A stretch of 51,657 bases of DNA from positions 1 to 51,657 of IMG/VR virus record IMGVR_UViG_3300030331_000022. One strand, written 5' to 3'. The position numbers and the translations under genes are program-made. Each line of letters opens with the position of its first letter. The first letter of the stretch is position 1. The stretch is from a virus. Taxonomy: Duplodnaviria; Caudoviricetes. The notes beneath the pieces were generated by a model. It was not told the DNA's origin. It made no database searches and worked only from the letters and a program-made list of their open reading frames with translations. Positions 18,056 through 25,363 of the stretch are shown here, one piece after another.

Positions 18056-18367
18056 TTAAGATAACACTACCCTTACCGTTACATCATCAGAACTTGCTGC
18101 TAATATATTCATAATAACAGTATCTCCAATAGCATCTGGTACTGCAAGAGCATAACTACCTGCCTCTAACTGTAAATCGTTAGCTCCACAGTTTGCTTCT
18201 GCAGTACCAAAGTTAATTAAAAATTCCTGATTGGCATGTATGTGTACAACTTTAAAACCAGTACAGGTAAAATGCTTAGTATTACCAGCAGTATTATCTA
18301 CAGTTTGTTTTGTTTGCACACTCCATCGTAGTGTATTAGGTTGAAATATACCTACAGAATTAGCCAT
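18056..18367 (-). CDS. Hypothetical beta-rich protein, possibly structural
   Basis: 103 aa with RBS; late block. Confidence 0.6.
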   Translation of the reverse strand: MANSVGIFQPNTLRWSVQTKQTVDNTAGNTKHFTCTGFKVVHIHANQEFLINFGTAEANCGANDLQLEAGSYALAVPDAIGDTVIMNILAASSDDVTVRVVLS

Positions 18368-18382
18368 CAGCTATTTCCTAAC

Positions 18383-18898
18383 TTAGTCAAAGTTATGGGT
18401 TACAGTACCATCACCAAATAGATGTCCTGTTACCATCCAGATAGCATCTGTAATAGCTACGCAACTTACATAACCACCAAGAAAACGTCCATCTGCATCT
18501 GAGTTTAGAATTAATTGATGGTCTGCAGCAGCAGGTACATTAAAACCATTTGTATCTACATTTTCATTAAGAGCAACTGCAGTACCTACATCATCTTTAT
18601 CCATATGCAAAATTACACCCTGCATGGTATCTGCATCACTAGCAGCAGAAATAGTGTAGCTATTTGATGTGCCTGTTGTTCCAATATGAAAATCATAGTA
18701 CAATCCTGCCTCTGCAGCAGGAAGTGTTACCACAATACCTGCAGCACGATTCAGACTAAAAATAGTTCCTGACTCTGCTGCCGTTACTGTTTTAGTAGCA
18801 TCAGTAAGACTAGTTACTGTACGTTTCATTGTTGTAAAAGAAATGTTTGGGTTTTGATAAACCTCAATACCTTCTTCTCGTGTTACTGATAGTGACAT
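18383..18898 (-). CDS. Putative virion accessory (head fibre/decoration-like) protein
   Basis: TVTAAESGTIF.LNRAAGIVVTLPAAEAGL.Y.F is a beta-sandwich motif common in phage structural appendages. Confidence 0.55.
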   Translation of the reverse strand: MSLSVTREEGIEVYQNPNISFTTMKRTVTSLTDATKTVTAAESGTIFSLNRAAGIVVTLPAAEAGLYYDFHIGTTGTSNSYTISAASDADTMQGVILHMDKDDVGTAVALNENVDTNGFNVPAAADHQLILNSDADGRFLGGYVSCVAITDAIWMVTGHLFGDGTVTHNFD

Positions 18899-18912
18899 GT
18901 TTTAAATCCTCC

Positions 18913-19182
18913 TTACACTTTTACCAGCTTGTAGCCTTTATCTTTGGCTGCTTTACGGATTTGTGCAAGGGTCATAGAAGTCTTTGCACCACCTCTCGCC
19001 ATTCCTTTAGAACGCATTCCTCCACGTGCCATGCCCTTTTTCTTCATGCCACCACGAGCCATACCTTTCTTTTTCATACCCCCACGGGCCATTCCCTTCT
19101 TTTTCATGCCACCACGAGCCATACCTTTTTTCTTCATGCCTCCACGTGCCATGCCTTTTTTCTTTGTTTTACGCATTGCCAT
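18913..19182 (-). CDS. Basic repeat protein (KKKGMARGGM)n
   Basis: 89 aa with six GMARGG units; RBS AAGGAG. Confidence 0.8.
   Translation of the reverse strand: MAMRKTKKKGMARGGMKKKGMARGGMKKKGMARGGMKKKGMARGGMKKKGMARGGMRSKGMARGGAKTSMTLAQIRKAAKDKGYKLVKV
18988..19164. repeat. 30-bp coding tandem repeat (about 6 units)
   Basis: Units differ mostly at synonymous positions (e.g. ACGTGCC/ACGAGCC/ACGGGCC on the + strand). Confidence 0.85.
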
Positions 19183-19184
19183 AG

Positions 19185-19868
19185 CTAATAATCTCCTTCA
19201 CTATATAAATTGTTAAACACTCGTTGCGTATCCCAGACGTAACTTACATCTTCTTTTGAGTGAAATATATTTTGATTGGGTGTAAAATCGGGTGCGCCCT
19301 CTCCCATTTCAAACCAAGCAGGGTGAGTTACTCTCACTCTATTATTGGGTAAAGCAACCATATTACCAGTGTATTCTCCTGCATCTAATAACTCAAGGAC
19401 GTGAGATTGTTTATGTTGAGCAGGATCATCAGCTACTTCACTATCTGTGTAGTCTACAGTAAAATAATATTTGGCTGGATAAAATTCATTATCTATTTTG
19501 GCAATCCAAGGTGCAGGAGTTGCACGATCTATTTTATAAACAGAGTGCCAGTGAGACATACAATCCCAAGGTTGCGCCAAATATGTAGGCAATGGCGTAG
19601 GCCATTCCTCTAGTGGAGTATCTGCCACCAATGCAGTTAGTGGCATTCTAGCCCACATTGCACCGCCATGCACGTTGGGGCTATCTTCTTCATCGTCAGA
19701 TTCACAACCTGTAAATATGACCTGAAAACTTAATGTTCTGTTTGGCATAGTGGTAACTGCTACCACCATGCAGTGTAAAAAATCGCCATGATATTCCGAC
19801 ATGTTCTTAGTATATTCACGGCGTACCCATGCTTTGAAGTAGGGTATGTTACTTTGTAGATACGGCAT
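19185..19868 (-). CDS. Conserved hypothetical phage protein
   Basis: Likely start MPYLQSNIP at 19868; GGAMWARMP, QPWDC and PNNRVR motifs. Confidence 0.75.
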   Translation of the reverse strand: MPYLQSNIPYFKAWVRREYTKNMSEYHGDFLHCMVVAVTTMPNRTLSFQVIFTGCESDDEEDSPNVHGGAMWARMPLTALVADTPLEEWPTPLPTYLAQPWDCMSHWHSVYKIDRATPAPWIAKIDNEFYPAKYYFTVDYTDSEVADDPAQHKQSHVLELLDAGEYTGNMVALPNNRVRVTHPAWFEMGEGAPDFTPNQNIFHSKEDVSYVWDTQRVFNNLYSEGDY

Positions 19869-20154
19869 TCTTTTTATGTTTCCTTCGCAATTCTGCTTTA
19901 GCTTGTTTAAAGACATTCGCAATAGCTGTCTTACCCATAACTTTAGCACGTTGTTCAGCAACAGTCAATATCTGAATCTTTCTTGCGTAAGGTTTATTTA
20001 TTCTTTTTACTTTTGCAACTGTAGCTTTAGCATCTGCCATAGTTGCAAACTTAATAGATACCGTATCTTTAGGATTCTCATCTGTGTATAGTCTACGTCC
20101 AGACCCTTTAGGTTTCTTACCTGTTCCTACTTTTGGGTCTTTTCTTTTTGCCAT
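19849..20154 (-). CDS. Basic hypothetical phage protein
   Basis: [27 protein letters not shown] motif; Lys-rich. Confidence 0.75.
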   Translation of the reverse strand: MAKRKDPKVGTGKKPKGSGRRLYTDENPKDTVSIKFATMADAKATVAKVKRINKPYARKIQILTVAEQRAKVMGKTAIANVFKQAKAELRRKHKKNAVSTK

Positions 20155-20278
20155 TTTTATTTTTACCTGCAGTGGTCAAAGCTATAGCAATAGCTTGTTT
20201 TTGGGGCTTGCCCTCTTTACGCAACATGCGTATATTAGAGCTTATAGCCTTATTACTTTTTCCTTTTTTTAGGGGCAT
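20117..20278 (-). CDS. Small basic phage protein, 53 aa (not in ORF track)
   Basis: [53 protein letters not shown], a member of the widespread MPLKKG.S...IS.NI...G.PQKQA.AIAL phage family. Confidence 0.75.
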   Translation of the reverse strand: MPLKKGKSNKAISSNIRMLRKEGKPQKQAIAIALTTAGKNKNGKKKRPKSRNR

Positions 20279-20393
20279 TTCTACCGACTATACCTTTTAA
20301 TGTTCTAGCCTGACCTTGGTGTGTTTTTACAGCTTTATTTAAACCTTTTATCACACCTCGTACTTTCTTTTTATTTCCTCTTGTTAGTGGCAT
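20253..20393 (-). CDS. Small basic protein, 46 aa (not in ORF track)
   Basis: [46 protein letters not shown]; overlaps both neighbours. Confidence 0.6.
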   Translation of the reverse strand: MPLTRGNKKKVRGVIKGLNKAVKTHQGQARTLKGIVGRNAPKKRKK

Positions 20394-20517
20394 TGCGTTT
20401 TTTCCTTTTTGTTTTACTAGGTAGTAAACCTTTATTTACTGCACGAGCACGTTCTGAAAATCCCATCTTTTCTCCCGTACGTATTTTACGTTTTATTGTA
20501 GATATTTTGGCTACCAT
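20371..20517 (-). CDS. Small basic protein, 48 aa (not in ORF track)
   Basis: [48 protein letters not shown]; starts 2 nt after the upstream stop. Confidence 0.6.
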   Translation of the reverse strand: MVAKISTIKRKIRTGEKMGFSERARAVNKGLLPSKTKRKKRNATNKRK

Positions 20518-20519
20518 TA

Positions 20520-21383
20520 TTAATAAAACATGCCACCTTTACGCATGTCATTATTTCCAGACTTCATCACACCGCCACGTTTCATGTAGCCCATTTTATT
20601 ACGTACTGATGTGGGTAATTTTTTCAAACCTTTTTGATCTGGTGTAGGCTTCTTTAAACCCATACCACCTTTTTGTTTTCTATCTGGTCCTGTATTATAC
20701 ATGTTACGTTCCATTTTTCTAATAGCTAAATCTTGTTTATCTTTTTTAGACATTCTTTTTAGTTTAGCAAGATTACGTTTAGCATCTTCACTTAATTTTT
20801 TTCGTGCATCTAAGTTACGTATAACGGCTTGCATTTGATTCTCTGTAGGCTTACCTATTATTTCACCATCTTTTGTAATACCATTCGTAGTATTACCTAT
20901 CATCATATCACTATCTTTTAGTTTAGGTTTAGGTTTTGCTTTAATCCTACCATCTTCACCTGCAAGACTTACACCTTTTTCTTTTGATTTTTCTGCTTGC
21001 TTAGTTTTAGTTGCGGCTTTTGTTCGTTTAATATCTGCTTTTTCTGATAACTTATCAAGTCTTTTTAGCAAACTTTTTTGACTTGCATTAGCCTCACCTT
21101 TTTCTACTAAAGTTTCTAGTCTACTTACTAACCGTGCACGTTCACGTGACCCTAAAGATAAAGCATCTTGCATAGTGGGCATAGACTTTCTACCTTTAGT
21201 AATTTTACCTGCCTTACCCCCCTCTACATCTAAGGTTCCACGAGATGGAGCTTGCCCCTCTTCAAGTTTAGATGTAAATTTATCCTTTTTAAAAATCTTT
21301 TGAGTAGGTTTTTTATCTGGCACTTTTGGTTTATCTCCAAATGCATCTACAAAAAACTCTATTAGTTTTGCTGCTTTACCCAT
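20520..21383 (-). CDS. Lys-rich hypothetical protein with C-terminal xxGG motifs
   Basis: 287 aa, very basic; the C-terminal region reads KQKGG...YMKRGG...MRKGGMFY. Confidence 0.75.
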   Translation of the reverse strand: MGKAAKLIEFFVDAFGDKPKVPDKKPTQKIFKKDKFTSKLEEGQAPSRGTLDVEGGKAGKITKGRKSMPTMQDALSLGSRERARLVSRLETLVEKGEANASQKSLLKRLDKLSEKADIKRTKAATKTKQAEKSKEKGVSLAGEDGRIKAKPKPKLKDSDMMIGNTTNGITKDGEIIGKPTENQMQAVIRNLDARKKLSEDAKRNLAKLKRMSKKDKQDLAIRKMERNMYNTGPDRKQKGGMGLKKPTPDQKGLKKLPTSVRNKMGYMKRGGVMKSGNNDMRKGGMFY

Positions 21384-21387
21384 TACA

Positions 21388-21681
21388 CTACCATTTTACT
21401 TTATGTGACCAATACTTCGCACTCAACTTAGTTGTTGGCTTGCCTTGAGCATCGTGTCTTGCATAGTAGCTCTTTTTACGAGCTTTATCTTTTTTTGTTT
21501 TAGGATTTTTGCCAGCACCTTTAACTCCTTGCTGACCAAACCTTATAAATTTATATTTGCCACCCTCTGATGCCATAACACAGTGGGATTTAGTAGGGTG
21601 CTTGGGAGTACGTTTAGGTTTATTAACACCACGTAGTCCCTCCTCTTTCATTTTATTTTTGACACGTTCAGGTATTGACAT
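21388..21681 (-). CDS. Basic hypothetical phage protein
   Basis: NKPKRTP.HPTKSH.V...IRFGQQG...ARKKSYYARH...SAKYWS..VKW motif widespread in marine phages. Confidence 0.75.
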   Translation of the reverse strand: MSIPERVKNKMKEEGLRGVNKPKRTPKHPTKSHCVMASEGGKYKFIRFGQQGVKGAGKNPKTKKDKARKKSYYARHDAQGKPTTKLSAKYWSHKVKW

Positions 21682-21880
21682 CTGTCCAGCCTTCTGCCCT
21701 CATAGCCCACTCTACATGTTCCAAAGTAAATGGTCTACCATAGTGATTCTGTACAGCTTCACGTACATAGAATACATCACTATGAGGAATATGCAAATTT
21801 TCAATGTTATTATTTAGTACGTGTTTATAAAACTCGTCAAGAACATTGTCTGTGTATAGTTTTACTGATTTTTTAGGCAT
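21668..21880 (-). CDS. Hypothetical protein, first gene of the late block
   Basis: ATG at 21880; LHIPHSDVFYVR.A motif. Confidence 0.6.
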   Translation of the reverse strand: MPKKSVKLYTDNVLDEFYKHVLNNNIENLHIPHSDVFYVREAVQNHYGRPFTLEHVEWAMRAEGWTDVNT

Positions 21881-21886
21881 TGTCAA
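21854..21886 (-). promoter_or_regulatory. Candidate late promoter
   Basis: TTGACA-N16-TAAAACTATAC; same architecture as the sites at 7985 and 22084. Confidence 0.5.
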
Positions 21887-21926
21887 TACTTAATTATACA
21901 AAAAATACAAATTTATATCACTTAAC

Positions 21927-22031
21927 ATACAGTTTAAGTGTTATCATTGTACGTGATTTAGTTAATGTATTTATAAAGTAAGTTAATGTAGCATTATAAA
22001 TGTATCATTGTACGTGATACAGTTAAAGTGT
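21927..22031. repeat. Direct repeats in the AT-rich non-coding region
   Basis: TATCATTGTACGTGAT at 21942 and 22003; ATACAGTTWAAGTGT at 21927 and 22017; AGTTAATGTA at 21960 and 21981. Confidence 0.75.
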
Positions 22032-22051
22032 AGGCCACCAAAAACTCTCTA

Positions 22052-22084
22052 GTATAGTTTTACACATTATAAGAACCTTGTCAA
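22052..22084 (-). promoter_or_regulatory. Candidate late promoter
   Basis: TTGACA-N16-TAAAACTATAC pointing into the late block. Confidence 0.6.
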
Positions 22085-22502
22085 TCCCTAAAATACATTT
22101 TACTACAATATTGTAACAATTGTAACAATTTGTGATACACATTCTGTATGGAAACCACTATATATGTAATGTGGTTAACAGTCAATTTTACTGATCTGTG
22201 TAGATGTACATACACATATAACGCCTACCCCCCGTATGGCCCCTGCCTACCTGCTGACGTGTGCTTACCTAGTCGCATATCAGGCATCATGCTTGCAGGT
22301 GAACAGGCATAATGCAGACACATCCACCACGCATGAGAAAACCTCAACAATTTCAATAGCATATCAACTACCGACAACTGTTATGCAATCAGTTGCCATG
22401 CAATAGCATGAAAAAAAGGCTAGGATTTTCAGCAAGATAGTGTGTTGCAATAGCCGATTACAAAATACCCTACCCCCTATGGGGGTGGTGGCTGATTGAA
22501 CC

Positions 22503-22516
22503 GTCCAACATTGGAC
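22503..22516. repeat. Palindromic 14-mer, copy 1 (inverted orientation)
   Basis: GTCCAACATTGGAC is the reverse complement of GTCCAATGTTGGAC. Confidence 0.8.
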
Positions 22517-22623
22517 AGCTTGAAAGCCTCACGAGTTTCGTGCACGAACTGCGGTATCGAAGATACCTGTAGTCACACGGGAAACGGCACGGGCAGAGGA
22601 TCACGTGAAGCTGAAATCACCTA

Positions 22624-22713
22624 CTCTATCTCTCCATGTTACAGATAGTTTTCTATCTCTCCCTTTAGGGTGAGAGAGATATAAAACTCTCTTATGTAAC
22701 ATTAGAGATAGAG
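22624..22713 (+). promoter_or_regulatory. Long imperfect hairpin upstream of the first early gene
   Basis: CTCTATCTCT..ATGTTACA..AGTTTT.TATCTCTC pairs with GAGAGATA.AAAACT..TGTAACAT.AGAGATAGAG. Confidence 0.65.
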
Positions 22714-22727
22714 AAAGGGGCCACCAA

Positions 22728-23300
22728 ATGGCAAAATCAACAGCAAAACCACAAGTTGAAGGAACTTCAATCAATGCCGACATCAAAGAGGGCAAAGCCC
22801 TTGGGTCAATCTGGAGACAGACCAACAGTCTGAAACAGACCATCAAGGCCAATGGCTTCGACACACGGCTTGGAAAGCTGATGCAGAAGTTGAAAGCTGC
22901 ATCTTCGATGGATAATGGTCAAATATCCCGTCAAGTATTGACGACTCATGGCATCCATTGCATTGATCGTAGAAGACGATCTGAGGCTTTGTGGTTCGTT
23001 GAAAACGAAGTTGAGGTTCGTGAGTTTATTGCTAAAGCAAAATACAAAGGTTCCTCTCTTACAGCTTTACAAGCTGCAATGCGTAAAGCTGCCAAAGGCA
23101 GTGAAGATCAACCTGCTAAAGCAGAACCGTCCAATGTTGGACAGTCTGAACCTACCGAGCAGCCAAAGGCTGAACGTCCTAAGATCACCCACACTGTAAT
23201 GGTGAATACCATTCTGGCTCAGACCAAGCTCAACAACCTTGATCTTGAAAAGATCATTGAGGATCTTATGGCTGCTATTCCTGCAAAGGCAGCAGCATGA
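22728..23300 (+). CDS. First early protein, hypothetical (Ala/Lys-rich)
   Basis: 190 aa, RBS AAAGGGG; contains palindrome copy 2. Confidence 0.8.
   Translation: MAKSTAKPQVEGTSINADIKEGKALGSIWRQTNSLKQTIKANGFDTRLGKLMQKLKAASSMDNGQISRQVLTTHGIHCIDRRRRSEALWFVENEVEVREFIAKAKYKGSSLTALQAAMRKAAKGSEDQPAKAEPSNVGQSEPTEQPKAERPKITHTVMVNTILAQTKLNNLDLEKIIEDLMAAIPAKAAA
23129..23142. repeat. Palindromic 14-mer, copy 2
   Basis: GTCCAATGTTGGAC, preceded by AACC. Confidence 0.8.
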
Positions 23301-23530
23301 TCCACCGTCACACACATCAAACCAGTGTTAGGTATCTTATACCTAGCACTAAACGTGACCTTGCACAGTGGCAGCTTGATGCTGCTACTGACCAATTCTA
23401 TGAATTGGCTACACAGGAAGCAAACCGTCCAATGTTGGACACTTTAAACGAAATCACCAGATCGCCTGAGGAAATGCGTAGACGATCACCTACATTAATC
23501 CATGACAGTGGATGGAAGGATGTAACATGA
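23297..23530 (+). CDS. Hypothetical early protein
   Basis: 77 aa, ATGA overlaps at both ends. Confidence 0.65.
   Translation: MIHRHTHQTSVRYLIPSTKRDLAQWQLDAATDQFYELATQEANRPMLDTLNEITRSPEEMRRRSPTLIHDSGWKDVT
23427..23440. repeat. Palindromic 14-mer, copy 3
   Basis: GTCCAATGTTGGAC, preceded by AACC. Confidence 0.8.
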
Positions 23531-23658
23531 CTAGACGTGAGATCAAACGTATGAACCGTAACCGAGCTATAGGCTGGTTCTTTTTAGGTGTAGGTTGGAC
23601 TGCCTTTGCCATCTTATTAGCCTCAATGCCGATGATTTACGAATTAATTGTCTTATAG
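23527..23658 (+). CDS. Small single-TM membrane protein, 43 aa (not in ORF track)
   Basis: MTRREIKRMNRNRAIGWFFLGVGWTAFAILLASMPMIYELIVL; ATGA overlap, RBS GAAGGA. Confidence 0.6.
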   Translation: MTRREIKRMNRNRAIGWFFLGVGWTAFAILLASMPMIYELIVL

Positions 23659-23697
23659 TTATATAACACTTGACTATTTATGAAAGTGTTATATAAC
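23658..23697 (+). promoter_or_regulatory. Perfect 14-bp inverted repeat overlapping a sigma70-like promoter
   Basis: GTTATATAACACTT-N12-AAGTGTTATATAAC, containing TTGACT-N16-TATAAC. Confidence 0.6.
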
Positions 23698-23727
23698 ATA
23701 TATAGACATTAACAAAGGAACTTGTAT

Positions 23728-24414
23728 ATGACTTACCAAGTACATACCACAATCAAATCTAATAATCGTAAGGTTGGCAAGATACCTGTGACCACCACAA
23801 GTGCAGCTACCTGCCCTGATGCTTGCCCCTTCAACAATGCAAACGAAGGTGGCTGCTATGCAAATGGTGGGCCACTTGCTATGCATTGGGCCAAGGTAAC
23901 ACGTGGTGAACGTGGTGATGGTTGGCATACTTTTATTGCCAAGGTTACTACCTTCAAGGACGGCCAGTTGTGGCGTCACAATCAAGCAGGTGATCTGGCA
24001 GGTGATGGCAAACGTCTAGATGCCAAAGCAAACGAGCAGCTTGCTGATGCCAACACTGGCAAACGTGGCTTCACCTATACTCACTATCCTGTATTGACGG
24101 ACAAGCATAATGCAAAGGTAGTCAAACGGATGAATGAAAAAGGTTTTGTGGTCAATCTGTCAGCCAACAATGTTAAACATGCAGATGCATTATATGACTT
24201 AGGCATTGGGCCTGTAGCAACTGTGTTACCAGAAACACAAACCACCAATACCACTACACCTAAAGGTCGTAAGGTAATTGTTTGCCCTGCCACAGTCAAA
24301 GACGATGTGTCATGTGCAACATGTCAACTATGTGCTAGGAAACGTGATGCAATCATTGGCTTCCCTGCACATGGATCAAGTAAACGCAAAGCTGATAAGG
24401 TAGCAGCAGCATGA
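23728..24414 (+). CDS. Cys-rich early protein (Gp88-like / radical-SAM-like fold)
   Basis: CPDAC...GGCYA, LWRHNQAGD, FTYTH and CPA...SCATCQLC motifs; ATG at 23728 with RBS AAGGA. Confidence 0.6.
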   Translation: MTYQVHTTIKSNNRKVGKIPVTTTSAATCPDACPFNNANEGGCYANGGPLAMHWAKVTRGERGDGWHTFIAKVTTFKDGQLWRHNQAGDLAGDGKRLDAKANEQLADANTGKRGFTYTHYPVLTDKHNAKVVKRMNEKGFVVNLSANNVKHADALYDLGIGPVATVLPETQTTNTTTPKGRKVIVCPATVKDDVSCATCQLCARKRDAIIGFPAHGSSKRKADKVAAA

Positions 24415-24566
24415 AACAAACTGTAACATATCGTAATCCTGTGGCTAAAGCCATGCTACAGGAACGCAAGTCGCCACAGGTCGTGCCACCCAAAAAGGGA
24501 GGTAAGGCTAAACGTAACCGCAAACAGGAGAAATACAATGCGATACGAGATGAAGAATTTCGTTAA
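24411..24566 (+). CDS. Small basic protein with an ArfA-like motif, 51 aa (not in ORF track)
   Basis: MKQTVTYRNPVAKAMLQERKSPQVVPPKKGGKAKRNRKQEKYNAIRDEEFR; ATGA overlap. Confidence 0.55.
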   Translation: MKQTVTYRNPVAKAMLQERKSPQVVPPKKGGKAKRNRKQEKYNAIRDEEFR

Positions 24567-24681
24567 GTTTACTAAACGAAAAGTGTCCAATGTTGGACAA
24601 AAACCTAAACGTGATGATTGGAAACGTGAACGTAAGATCGCACGTCAAACTAAAATCAACCTTCGTAAATCAGTAGCATAA
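24550..24681 (+). CDS. Small basic protein, 43 aa (not in ORF track)
   Basis: MKNFVKFTKRKVSNVGQKPKRDDWKRERKIARQTKINLRKSVA; fills the gap and contains palindrome copy 4. Confidence 0.5.
   Translation: MKNFVKFTKRKVSNVGQKPKRDDWKRERKIARQTKINLRKSVA
24585..24598. repeat. Palindromic 14-mer, copy 4
   Basis: TGTCCAATGTTGGACA. Confidence 0.8.
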
Positions 24682-24695
24682 AAGGAGCTAATACA

Positions 24696-25034
24696 ATGAC
24701 AAACTCAAACGAATACGCACCCAGAGTAAAAGCAGCACATCCAGAATTGTATGCAGAGCATACGTTTCACATGAAGAAAGCTGTATCTTACACATACAAT
24801 TATAGTATAATTGATGAAGTGCTTCTTGAGTGTTGGGACGATATGACAATAGCAGAGATAGCACTAGCTACGAACGAATATCCTAATCGTATCAAGTATC
24901 GTGTGCAAGTTTTACAAACTCTTGGCATGATTAAGAACAAACTTAATATGGAACGTGCTGACCTAAAACGGCAACGTAAAGAGGCCGTTACATGGCTCAA
25001 AGATATTGACACTAAGCTGGCTAAGTGTTCGTAA
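24696..25034 (+). CDS. Hypothetical protein, possible HTH
   Basis: MTIAEIALATNEYPNRIKYRV is helix-turn-helix-like; RBS AAGGAG. Confidence 0.65.
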   Translation: MTNSNEYAPRVKAAHPELYAEHTFHMKKAVSYTYNYSIIDEVLLECWDDMTIAEIALATNEYPNRIKYRVQVLQTLGMIKNKLNMERADLKRQRKEAVTWLKDIDTKLAKCS

Positions 25035-25198
25035 TTGTATCTGCACTTGTTGCGTACCTGTTGGTGCTCCTTACTGTTGGTAGTGGGTCATCAGCAGGTT
25101 TTAATATAAAACAAATAGACGCAATGGAACTATGGATAATTTACTTTCAAGTAATTACCATATTACAAATACTGCGTTATCTGAAAGGTAAAATGTAA
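25025..25198 (+). CDS. Small membrane protein, 57 aa (not in ORF track)
   Basis: GTG start; MFVIVSALVAYLLVLLTVG...LWIIYFQVITILQILRYLKGKM, two hydrophobic segments; TAATG-coupled to the next ORF. Confidence 0.5.
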   Translation: MFVIVSALVAYLLVLLTVGSGSSAGFNIKQIDAMELWIIYFQVITILQILRYLKGKM

Positions 25199-25362
25199 TG
25201 CATGGAATGAATATGAATAATGAGGTTTGTTGTATCGATTGCGGAGAAACAGGTTTAGTTTTTGAGGGTCAGAATGAATATGAACCTGATCCAGTTACAG
25301 GTGATCCGAGGTGTTTTGCCTGTGACATAAAAGCTAACCCAGAAAAATATAGGAATTTGTAA
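25198..25362 (+). CDS. Small zinc-finger protein, 54 aa (not in ORF track)
   Basis: CIDC...CFAC pair; fills the gap up to the next gene. Confidence 0.55.
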   Translation: MHGMNMNNEVCCIDCGETGLVFEGQNEYEPDPVTGDPRCFACDIKANPEKYRNL

Positions 25363-25363
25363 A

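Noticed and set aside
18988-19164. 30-bp periodic repeat considered as a CRISPR-like array
   Set aside because: There are no unique spacers; units are contiguous, in frame, and vary mainly at synonymous positions.
15-21817. Numerous + strand ORFs in the track across the late block (e.g. 1560-1991, 2953-3366, 18847-19188, 18944-19216)
   Set aside because: They are antisense shadows of long, motif-bearing minus-strand genes, without RBS or recognisable motifs.
21887-22727. tRNA gene or tRNA-derived attP in the large non-coding region
   Set aside because: No cloverleaf or T-loop (GGTTCGAATCC-like) sequence was recognisable by eye; tRNAscan-SE or ARAGORN would be needed to exclude it fully.
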